A DNA stretch of 63,951 bases, filler included, from Octopus bimaculoides (lineage: Eukaryota), in the NCBI RefSeq assembly GCF_001194135.2. It is 6 parts of 6 records of this genome, joined end to end, with 100 filler letters (N's around TTAATTAATTAA, not from the genome) between each part and the next. Parts side by side here need not be neighbours in the genome. Positions count along the whole stretch, not along the records: positions 27,018 to 58,311 come from NC_068986.1; positions 58,412 to 62,661 come from NC_068999.1; positions 62,762 to 63,951 come from NW_026417183.1; 3 more parts are not named here. One strand, given 5' to 3'. The notes beneath the pieces were generated by a model. The model ran no database searches, had not been told where the DNA came from, and saw only the letters and a list, made by a program, of their open reading frames with translations. Position 1 is the stretch's first letter. Each line of letters begins with the position of its first letter. A program made the position numbers and the translations under genes. Shown one piece after another: positions 53,364-63,951 of the stretch.

Positions 53364-55852
53364 TGTGATACATAATTAATAGTGTTTTGAGTTCTTGAAT
53401 TACTTGTTCATTAATTAACTGTCATTTCCCTGTGAGCATGCATAACACAGTGGTGTGGGTATTAATCACATGATTCTTGGACTGTGTCCTTGAGTAAGGC
53501 ACTTTATTTCATGTTACATCAGTCTTTACAGTTGAAAATGGGAACCAATGAAAGCTGGTGATAAACCTTGTGATAGACTAGCATCTAATTTAGGGGTGGT
53601 TTTGTACTCTCCTTTCTTTAAACTTTTCCCTATAATATGGGGATAAACTCCAGCCTAATAGGGTCAAGGTAGATTTTAACTAATCCATTATTTACATCAC
53701 CTAGTATAATTAAATACCAAAAGTGTAAACATGTGGCTGGTTGAATATTAGCTTACTGGCTGAAGACTTTCTTCACCAATTGTGCATCATTTCCATCATC
53801 TTTAGTGGGTTAGGGTGGAGAAGGACTATGATCAACTGCTTTGGCTCCACCTCTTGGTTCTAGAGTAATTTTTACTAGAATTCATTTTGTTATAAGTTTC
53901 TGGACCAGACATCCAGTTCCCTCTCTACTTATGTTTCCTCTGCAATCACTGACCTGCTGATTTTCAGATTTGGCCACATCAACCTCACTTGTGTCTGGGA
54001 AGGCCTGCAAATAACATAGACTGTTCTGTTTTGACCAACTTAAAAAAAACAAAACAACAAAAAAGTCCTCTGTAAAAACGTATGTAGGCATGGCTATGTT
54101 GTTCAGAAGTTTGTGATAGAGAGTTCAGTTCCACTGCATGGTACCTTGGGCAAGTGTCTTCTGTAGCCCAAGGCTGGCCAAAGCCTTGTGAGTTAATTTG
54201 GTCAACAGAACCTGACACAAACCTATTGTGTGTGTGTGTTTGGCTTCCTTGACTTGACTTGTGAGACAGTTGTAAATGAGTATCACTGTCATACAAGAGG
54301 TGTTCTTCATTTTCAGATTTCTGTATAAACATGTACAGTCATAGGGAAATATTACTTTGCTTGGAAACAAGTGAGGGTTGGTAACTGGAAAGGCATCTGG
54401 TCATAGAAAAATCTATCTCAACAAATTCTGTCTTACCCATGCAAGTATGGAAAAGGGGCTGTTAAAACAATGATGATGATGATTACCAAATCATTTGGGC
54501 CATGGTTTTTGGTTTGTTTAATTGATTGAATGTTTGTTTTTGGTATATCATAAAAATGCTGAGGCAGCTAAGAAGTCTTAATTTAGATTTGTTTGAAATT
54601 TTACCTTTAGTAATTAACTTGTATATTAAGAATGCAACCCTGCTCCATCTAACATGTCATATGCTGGATGACTAATGAATTTTATGTATAAAAACTTATA
54701 ACAAATGAGCAATGGAAATTCAAGAAAATGATACTTATACTCAGACTGCACAAAACTACAAAAAACCTAGCCACGTCAGCATAGCCACATGTTTGTCATA
54801 TGTAAGTGTAATTAATGAAAGAGGTGTGTAGTGTTGTCCATGTGGACAAAGTGTCAAATGTGTGCTTGGCTTTATGTTGGTGTGTATAAGTGTAGGAAGA
54901 ATGATTCTGAACTGAGCCTGCTGGGTGGTATTTGCTTATGTTCATGTTAGTGGTAGGTAGGTGAAAGATTTTGTTTGTTATATTGATGTGGACAGTTTAT
55001 GAGTTATGTTTGTGCTGCTTAGGTGTGTATTGCTGTAGATTTTCTTCTCTGTTTAAAACTTTGAGTGTGGAAGATTCTGCAGCTCACTAATGATTCTGTT
55101 AGCTCACCAATGATTCTGTTAGCTCACCACCTTAAGATGGAACAAATATTGGCAGGCATTTTGTTCAAAGCTCTGTTGATTCTATCAATTCACCATCATC
55201 ATCATAACAGCATCATTATCATCAGCAACAACTTCAACAACAACAACATTAAAACAATGTGCTATTATTACCTCTCTGTCACAAATTTGTACAAATTAAA
55301 AAAAAAATCTTCACTACACCTCACAAACAAAAAGTCAAAATTTTATTTTTGATTCACATGTGTTACACCATAGTACATTGACAAATAGACTTTACACTAT
55401 TTGTATATATGTCTCAGACCAGTGATTCAGCTTGTTTCGAACTGAGTTGAGTGTATGGTGCTAATAGCTGTAAGACCACAAAATATTGATATCCACCATT
55501 TTCGTCCATCTGGGGCAAGTTGTTTTACCTGGTCTGAGACTTTCAGTGATTTTTAACCCCATAAGTTAAGAAGGAATGTTTCCCAGAATACTGTCCTGCA
55601 GCTAATGGGTGTATAAACAAAACATATACACTATGTATGTGATATCGATATTGTTTACATTACTAGAACTACTTTTAATTCATAATTTGATTAAATTTTA
55701 TATATTTATAAATCTTAAAATTCAAAACATTCAGAGCCAGACAAGATTACAACTGTTCAAACATAACATCAAACAACATTTTTATGTACAACACAGCATA
55801 AATTAGAAGAATGGAAATAAATTTTAATATGAGGAAGCTTCACAGGTTGAAT

Positions 55853-56106
55853 TAAGAAATGTAAACACAATCTTCCTATGCTATTGAAGTTTGGAGGAAA
55901 AAAAAGGAGTTTCTTGACAGACTGTTGATTGTTTCACAGAGAAGACACACATGACCTCCTTCTGCTATATACAGCAACTAATCTGTGTTATTTTTGGGGA
56001 TATGTCTTCTCTGAGCAGCAATCAATAAACAGTGCAACCATCTGTCAGGAAACTCCCTTTTTTTCCCAAACATCAATAGCATAGAAAGAATATGTTCACA
56101 TTCTTA
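55853..56106. repeat. TA-bounded fold-back / MITE with arms of about 100 bp
   Basis: ctatgctattgaagtttgg..ggagtttcttgacaga..cagagaagaca is mirrored at 56001-56106. Confidence 0.85.
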
Positions 56107-56763
56107 GTTCTCAACTACAGGAGGCTTTCTAATACTTAAATTTCTTACAACATCAAAGTTTCACCTTCTTTCATTGACTAGAAGAGAGAGGGAGAGAGAG
56201 AGAGAGACTCTATATTACTGGCAATGATGGGTTAGGCAACTCTGAAAAGTGCTGATGATTTCCTGTAGATATAATGAACTTTCTCATAATAAATTGAAGA
56301 ATATGATCAAAGGAACAGATGCTGAAAAACACATTATCCTAAATAAAACATTTCTTTTCTCGATTTTAGTTCTGAAAATGTTTTCATATTACTATCTTTT
56401 GGCACTTATTCATTATTTGAAAGTCCATTTAAAAAAAATTCCCTGCTAACCTCTTTTTTTTCATTATGGCCTACTTTTTTTTTAAACAGTCTCTCTCTAT
56501 TTTATGTTTTAAGCATTAGAGATGGATTCAGTTTCTAAGAAAAAAAGTTTGGATGGAAAATAATTAAACTTTCAGAAATATTTTAAGAATCAGATTTACA
56601 GCTGCTGTAATACATACAAAAAAAATTCGTTGGGCTTTGAAGTCTATAATATACTTTACTTGCCTTTTGAACACATTTGCATCACTTTCTGAAAGTTTAA
56701 AATGCTGTTAATTAAATTTATGAAGGATGAAAATGTAATTCAAACATAAACGATATATATATA

Positions 56764-57142
56764 TAGGTGCAGGAGTGGCTGTGTAGTAAGTAGCTTTCTA
56801 ACCAACCACATGGTTCCGGGTTCAGTCCCACTGCATGGCACCTTGGGCAAGTGTCTTCTACTATAGCCTCTGGCTGACCAAAGCCTTGTGAGTGGATTTG
56901 GTAGACTTCTGAAAGAAGCTCGTCGTATATATATGTGTGTAAATCTGTGTTTGTTCCCCCCAACATCGCTTGACAATCAATGCTGGTGTGTTTACTTCCC
57001 CATAACTTAGCGGTTCGGTAAAAGACATCGATAGAATAAGTACTAGGCTTACAAAAATTAAGTCCTGGGTCGATTTTCTCGACTAAAGGCGGTGCTCCAG
57101 CATGGCCACAGTCAAATGACTGAAACAAGTAAAAGAAAAAAG
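56764..57142 (+). mobile_element. Full-length tRNA-derived SINE family A (head with A/B boxes, CORE-like ccttgggcaagt block, internal TA/GT microsatellite, aagtaaaaga tail)
   Basis: TGGCTGTGTAGTAAG and GGTTCAGTCCC boxes. Other copies: 25836-26255(-), 32880-33316(-), 3391-3628(-), 27413-27621(+), 27634-27787(-), 44895-45152(-), 45320-45652(-), 23526-23700(+, head). Confidence 0.85.
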
Positions 57143-57170
57143 AATATAAGTGGCTACAAATATTACTGAT

Positions 57171-57213
<43 letters not shown>

Positions 57214-58084
57214 TAATATTCGTAGCCAGTTCAACATGGCTGTCTGTTCGAACAGACACTAATGAGATTTTTTGACCCCCAAGAGGACATCTCTAGCTGG
57301 TTGATGATGCAGAGCTGCATCTGACAAATAGTGAGCAAGGGACCAAACCCCTACCACCTTCTAATGATGGAACCAGTAGACCAGTCTTGGTTTCGGGTTA
57401 TTTCTGCCACTCTTCGATACTGGATACCTCGTCTGCTAGAGATGGCAGTAGCTCACCTCTGCTTGCAATATATATATTTCAAGCGAACACAAAATGCTAG
57501 TTCTAAAATCTCTCAAAGAGATCAACACAGTTGTTGTACTGACAAGTAATATTTGTAGCCACTTCAACTTGGCTGTCTGTTCGAATAGACTCTACTGCGA
57601 TTTTTTAACCTCATAAAAATGGTGATGACGATAATTGAAATGTAAAAATCCCTGGGAAATGTTGTTTACGACATTTCAAAAAATAGTTAAACAATTACTG
57701 TTTTGGCCAAGGTCAAAATACAGGGCTCTTGACATGTTCAACAAACCGTGACGCCTAAACCAAACACCAGTCAACATAGGGAATTTAGTGAAGTCACACA
57801 CTGATTGGTCAGAATACAGTTTGCAAAACTTAACATTCTGGAGACTATATAAATGTATTTAAGGCACACAGTTGTAAATTGCAAAACATAACTGTCATCA
57901 CTATTATATGAACCTGAAGATTGCATAGTTTAATGCATGAAAGTACTGGTTCAATCAGGATGAACATTTAATATTCTATCATTTCATTCTATCATTATAT
58001 TATCTTATATTGTTATAAGATTGTAAATAAAACGTGAAAATCAGACGAAGTTGTAATTCCTTTTATATATATATATATATATAT

Positions 58085-58311
58085 GCAATTTCAGCGTGGA
58101 AGGTGTTTATAAGCCATTTAAAAAGCACACAAAAACCATTAGATTCATTGCAACATTTAAATTTAATTTGCCAAAATATTTTCGTTGCTTTGAGCCCGCG
58201 ACTTGATCACTGACAAAATTCCGTGCTGCATCCTTGTTACTTGCGTGAATTTTGCTATCCTGATAACTGTTTATTGAATTTTCCGTGTGTTAACTGTAAA
58301 CAAAGGAAAAT
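58085..58311 (-). mobile_element. Penelope pLTR-like / retrozyme-like terminal segment ending in (TA)n
   Basis: Hammerhead-like fold followed by an AT-rich tail of about 80 nt that runs into a TA microsatellite; same layout as 5090-5200. Confidence 0.55.
58167..58217 (-). ncRNA. Minimal type I hammerhead ribozyme-like motif, G3:C8 core variant
   Basis: Minus strand reads UUUGUCA-GUGAUCA-A-GUCGC-gggcucaaa-GCAAC-GAA-AAUAUU-U-UGGCAAA: stem I 7 bp, stem II 4/5 bp, palindromic stem III. Confidence 0.6.
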
Positions 58312-58411
58312 NNNNNNNNNNNNNNNNNNNNNNNNNNNNNNNNNNNNNNNNNNNNTTAATTAATTAANNNNNNNNNNNNNNNNNNNNNNNNNNNNNNNNN
58401 NNNNNNNNNNN
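58312..58411. other. Artificial spacer N44-TTAATTAATTAA-N44
   Basis: Same structure. Confidence 0.95.
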
Positions 58412-59074
58412 TTTTTTTTCTTTTACAGTTTCAGCTTAGAGCTGCGATAGTCGAAAATATTTAGAATATATCTAAAAGTGTAAAACCATGTTTCATTCGA
58501 ATTGTTTCCATAGCAACATTGTAAGACAATGCTATTTTATACCTCGTATCTTAATACATTTCAATTATCAATCGATAAAATGACATTAAAGCCGGATATT
58601 TCGAAGTAATTTATCAATTTATAGTTGCTAATTAGTTATTTCATTTTGGCTATCAACATATTTTATCGTTTCTTTTACCCTCTACCTCTTGTAGTCCATG
58701 GTCTGCAGCCATACAGAGGTACCGTCTTCAAGGATTCTACTCGATCTCACTATGAGTATAACTCAGACTTTTCGTCCGACACTCATGATCTGAAATCTCT
58801 TATAATCCCCAGTAATCTACACTAGAGTCCAGGTACCTGTATTTCATTTAATTACACTAATAATAAATTAAAAAAAAATTTTTGTAGGTAAGTGTTATTT
58901 CTTATTTGATGATTATTTCTTTCAAACTTGGCTTTTGTGACCTGGACATCAATGTTTTGAAACTGACCTATTTCCCATTACATTTCGGACAGATTCAGCG
59001 CTGAGTTGCTGAAGCAGAAATATCGTTATAGCAAATATTCTGCTCAATATTACAGATTTGCTTGTCAGCTGCTT

Positions 59075-59524
59075 GACCTTAACCACTTGAACATGTCCCT
59101 TAGTGACTGACAGTATGTGTGTCTCTAATCCCCCATGGCAGTTAATTTCGCTAATGTCTTCATGACAAAATTAGAGACACAGTTATTGAAGACATTCAAA
59201 TCCCTGCATGGTCATGAACTCTGGTTACGGTTCATTGACGACGTCTTTTTTGTCTGGAAAGGACCACAGGATAGTTTAATGGACTTCTTGCATTTCTGTG
59301 ACTGTTACGCTAAAAACTACGGCTTTAAATCCAACATAAAATTTACGTCTAGTTTTTCAAGAACTAGCGTTGAATTTTTGGACACAAAAATTAGGTTTTC
59401 TGGAGGCAGAATAGTGACAGAATTATTTTGCAAGCCCACATCATCCCACATTTACCTCCACCGTCGCTCCGATCATCCATATCATATAATTAGGTCAAAT
59501 CCGAAATCCCAATTTTTGAGGATA
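59075..59524 (+). mobile_element. Penelope-like reverse transcriptase fragment
   Basis: ORF 59135..: MAVNFANVFM, WLRFIDDVFFVW, IKFT, FLD, KPT..YLH..SDHP, SQFLRI; breaks off into an AAT repeat and a SINE. Confidence 0.88.
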
Positions 59525-59760
59525 ATAATAATAATGATGATGATGAGGATAATAATCCTTTCTACTAAAGGCACAAGGCCTGAAATTTTAAGGGAGGGGA
59601 CTACTCAATTATATCGACCCCAGTACTCAACTGGTACTTATTCTATCGGCTCCAGAAGGATGAAAGCAAAATCGAATTTAGATTCAGACCGTAAAGACTG
59701 ACGAAATGACGTTAAGCATTTAGTCCGGCGTGTTAACGATTCTGCCAGTTCACCATATTA

Positions 59761-60270
<510 letters not shown>

Positions 60271-60500
60271 AATGAAGATATTTCACTACAAAAAGTCAGC
60301 ATTGCTTGGAACTGCAAGAATTCTTGGCAGGGTTCTTGAAGCATGACCAGTAAACAAGTGTCATCTTAGTCTGCTGGCTGTGGACAGCTGACCCTTTCCA
60401 TCATACCCAGCAATATAAAGTTTTGATAGACGTGATACCAATAGTAATTTGTGCACTTGGAAGTATCAGCACTCAGCTACCAATATGGCTGAAAAAGATT
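60271..60500 (+). mobile_element. Two further R4-like RLE C-terminal scraps of a different family
   Basis: KSALLGTARILGRVLEA* followed by VIPIVICALGSISTQLPIWLKKI. Confidence 0.65.
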
Positions 60501-60509
60501 CGTGCAAGT

Positions 60510-60705
60510 GTGAATCCAAGGCCTGGAATTTTGGAGAAGAAATAAGTCGATTAAATCGACCCCAGTACTCAACTTGTACCTATTATCCGAAAGGATGAAA
60601 GGTAAAGTCGACCTCGGCGGAATTTGAACTCAGAACGTAAAGACGGACGAAATACCGTTAAGCATTTCGCCCGGCGTGCAAACGATTCTGCCACCTCCCC
60701 GCCGC
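60510..60705 (-). mobile_element. SINE family C (ggcagaatcgtt...gttcaaattccgccgaggtcgactttacctttcatcc...)
   Basis: tRNA-like B box GTTCAAATTCC. Other copies: 5840-6020(+), 29478-29695(+), 40722-40920(+), 46850-47055(-), 47440-47620(+), 59545-59757(-), 60710-60830(-). Confidence 0.8.
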
Positions 60706-60829
60706 ATTAATAATAATCCTTTCTGCTATAAGCACAAGGCCTGAAATTCTGTGGCGGGGGAGGATAAGTCGATTACATCGACTCCAGTTTTTCACTGGTA
60801 CTTATTTCATCGACCCCGAAAGGATAAAA

Positions 60830-61700
60830 GAAAGCTGATGTTGACCAAGAGCACAGCCATCAGTGACTTCGAAGTTCAGGGTTAAATTCAGAGAGTGGGC
60901 TTCATGCTAGTTGCTCAAGATCAAAGCTTTCTCACTCGCAGCTAATGTGATGAAAAATGGAATCGATCCAAAGTGCTGATTCTGCAATGATAAGGTCAAA
61001 ACAGTTGAACAATTAATCACTGGATGTAAAGTTTTAGCACCAGTTGAATATAAACAAAGCCATGACAGAGTTGGCCAGTATCTACGCTGTTTAATATGTC
61101 GGCACCACAAAACCAAAACTGTTGACAAGTGTTATAATCGTCACACTGATGCTGTAACTCAGGGAGAAAATGTAATGATTCTTTGTGACTTTCAAGAACA
61201 CACAGACAGAACCACCAAGGCTAATAAACGGTTATTGTTGTAGAAGACCAAGTCTGTTTATTGATCGACATGAATATCCTTTTTGGCCATAATATATCGG
61301 CAAAAAACTTGTCAAGCTCTGCAAATATAAAGATTTACTCACTGAAATCGAAAAAAATGTGGCATCTCAAGGCGGTTACAATACCAGTGATTGTAGGAGC
61401 ATTAAGAATGATCTAAAAAGAAACTGAAAATTATTTGAGAATGATCCCTAGCTAACCGTTCCTGCAAGAAGTGTAAAAGATTGTTTTAACTGTTACGTCA
61501 CACATATTGAGAAGGGCATTGTCATTGTGAGAACGATTACCATCCATGTAAATATATGTTTTTTACATAACTTTATTTGATTCTGTAAATGAACAATCTG
61601 GTGTCTCCTTTTGATGGCCTATCACAGTTTATAGTAAGTTTCTTTGCTTTAGGTGTCGGGAAGACACTCGGCAAGAAATGGAAACAGAATTGAAAGAACT
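60830..61700 (+). mobile_element. Decayed 3' part of an R4/Dong-like element: CCHC knuckle, RLE and 3' UTR ending in (AAT)n
   Basis: GFMLVAQDQ, DPKC*FCND..EQLITGC, HDRVGQYL, CLLIDM, KYKDL..EIEKMWHLK..IPVIVGAL, HILRRALSL*; about 170 nt of UTR, then an AAT array at 61701-61812. Confidence 0.88.
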
Positions 61701-61701
61701 C

Positions 61702-61813
<112 letters not shown>

Positions 61814-62465
61814 TTGAGCGAGAGAGCAGTGCATGCCATCAAAGTAACACTGGGGTAAAATATACAAAGCCCAATATACCCATTATGACTATACGTCTAA
61901 TAAGGGTACCGCAGGCACATGCATTACAACCATATGAGAGCGACATCATGGTGATATATATATATATATATATATATATAATGAACATAATTAAAAGAAC
62001 TGAATAAGTTGTCAGTTTACATAAAATGAAGTAAATCTCGAATGCAGGATGACTGTGAAAACAGCCTAGATCAGGTAAATACCCTTAGAAGGCGTATTAG
62101 TCTGACGCTCAGCAAGCCACAACAGTGAAGCGAACCCTCTACCTTTCAATTTCGGCTGACGGCTCAGTATCATTAAGCTAAGCGACATCTAAGAACTATT
62201 GCCGTCTTTTATAACGCTAAATAATAGCTTTTGGAACGAGAGAACAGTTTTTATAAATAAACGTAGAAGCGCCGAGTGAGTCGGTGTTTTATAGAAAACA
62301 AAATACATAGTTTAGCTTAATGCAACAGAGCGATCAACCGCACCTAAGAAGGTTAGGGTTCGATGCCATGTACCAGCTTGCTGTGTGTGGTCATATAAAT
62401 TAATCTATATTTACATATGCTTTCAATGTCCACATATGCTCATGTGCGTGCGTGCGTGCGTGTGT

Positions 62466-62519
<54 letters not shown>

Positions 62520-62661
62520 AGATATATCCATCCTCTCACCCACGCACACGTATATGTACATACACACAAATATATTTATATGAAATAATATATAGATATA
62601 TGTACGTGTGTGTGTATACGCTTCCACATATAAGCACACACACACAAACACACACACACAC

Positions 62662-62761
62662 NNNNNNNNNNNNNNNNNNNNNNNNNNNNNNNNNNNNNNN
62701 NNNNNTTAATTAATTAANNNNNNNNNNNNNNNNNNNNNNNNNNNNNNNNNNNNNNNNNNNN
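62662..62761. other. Artificial spacer N44-TTAATTAATTAA-N44
   Basis: Same structure. Confidence 0.95.
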
Positions 62762-63019
62762 TTTTTTATTTTGTTTTTTTTTTTCGTTTTTTCACAAGGA
62801 AGGATGATTTCTTTTTTTAGCATGTTTACTTGTTTATTTTTAATTTTTGTATTTTTATCATCTTCAATATTTTAATTACGCCTCACTTATCAAAAGTTTG
62901 AATTTATTTGTTTTAATAATAAGGAACATATGTTGGAGTCATTTTTTTTTTAAATTGTTGTCCATCTTAGCTTCCTGACAACATTGCTGTTCTATTATTT
63001 ATTTATTTATTTATTTATA

Positions 63020-63062
<43 letters not shown>

Positions 63063-63951
63063 GAGGTTCCAAAATCTTGTCTGCTGGAGTTGTCAGCATG
63101 TTACAAAAGGTTAATGCTTCTGATATGACCAAAGAGATTGTATTGTTGTTTTTGCTTTGTTATTGCTGCCATCAAGCACTTGATATAACCGTTGTATTAC
63201 GTTTTGATACGGCAATCGATTAGCTTAAAGCGTTTACCACACATTTTATTTTCTTCGATGTGGGCCGCAAATTTTTTCTTCTATTGTTCCTTTTGAGGAA
63301 ACATTCTTTCCTACTAAAAATGAAGCTTAATTAAATTATATTAATTTCCATAAAAATTTTGTCTCCCCTTGTTTATTTTCCCCAGATTTAGTCATTTAAC
63401 ATATTAACTATTTTCTTAATAAGAGTGTAACTTTCATTAATATGTCTTAGTTTCTTACATCAAAAAATTCTAGCATCCACTTTACTATTAAGTGTTGATG
63501 CAGAGGGCGTCCATGAGCATTTCCTCTAGACATTTTTCGACGTCGAATATAGCGTGAAATTTGTTTCAACGATAATTTCTCATTAATGTTTTGTTTGAAG
63601 ATGAAATCTTTTGATCAAGCACATTTGTCCCCTAAAGACACTATGGGTTGCTACAGAAATTTTGTTAATATGATTAAAGAAATCTGCTTCACTGCACAAT
63701 TTCTCTATATTGTAATTGTGTAAAACTTACTGTATGATTTCTATCATGTTATCTACAGCTGCATGTTACAGATGACATGACACCAGCAGACATGATGGAA
63801 ACAACAGAGTCATCCAATCAAATAGCGGGTATCAATTTCGCCTACTATCCAAGGTGCAAATCGATGGAGTGGGCTCACTGTGTTGGATGATAGTTCCTGT
63901 TGGATAACAAGCAGTTCCTGTATAAATACATACATATATAAATATGCATAT

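Noticed and set aside
55081-55129. Tandem duplications of about 20 bp (also 13363-13402 and 30072-30107), superficially CRISPR-like
   Set aside because: Only 2-2.5 adjacent copies with no spacers; ordinary slippage duplications in a eukaryote.
57405-57450. CAGACGA-stem-GAAG on the minus strand
   Set aside because: U4 is altered and there is no room for stem I; it folds as a simple hairpin.
62310-62375. tRNA-like A/B boxes (tagcttaatg ... gggttcgatgcc)
   Set aside because: No cloverleaf could be folded; probably a SINE head.
63773-63895. Possible exon after gttacag (DDMTPADMMETTESSNQIAG...)
   Set aside because: No recognisable homology, no partner exon, and it lies at the window edge.

Overview
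AT-rich, microsatellite- and transposon-dense animal genomic DNA. The SINE families look like octopus (octopod cephalopod); this is recognition from memory, not a database result. The window is probably not one contiguous locus: five identical 100-nt spacers (44 N + TTAATTAATTAA + 44 N) at 2140, 5379, 26918, 58312 and 62662 split it into six pieces whose adjacency is unproven, and there are ordinary N gaps as well. Two host genes were rebuilt exon by exon. The first is six LRR-coding exons of an FBXL2/FBXL20-type F-box gene on the minus strand (23470 to 6379); its F-box and C-terminal exons are absent. The second is the last seven coding exons of ALG12 alpha-1,6-mannosyltransferase on the plus strand (27872-53308); one of its introns (32158-33595) has U12 minor-spliceosome signals. 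The rest is degenerate mobile DNA: Penelope-like fragments, mariner and DD37D/maT transposons, an RTE LINE with C-terminal C2H2 fingers, a Gypsy fragment, R4/Dong-like RLE fragments in (TAA)n arrays, a Helitron-like end, MITEs and at least four SINE families. The most unusual signals are a minimal hammerhead-ribozyme fold with a compensatory G3:C8 core swap (58167-58217, minus), the U12 intron, the R4/Dong pile-up in TAA microsatellites, several long intronic fold-backs, and a genic versus non-genic contrast in SINE CpG decay. No rRNA, true tRNA or CRISPR array was found.
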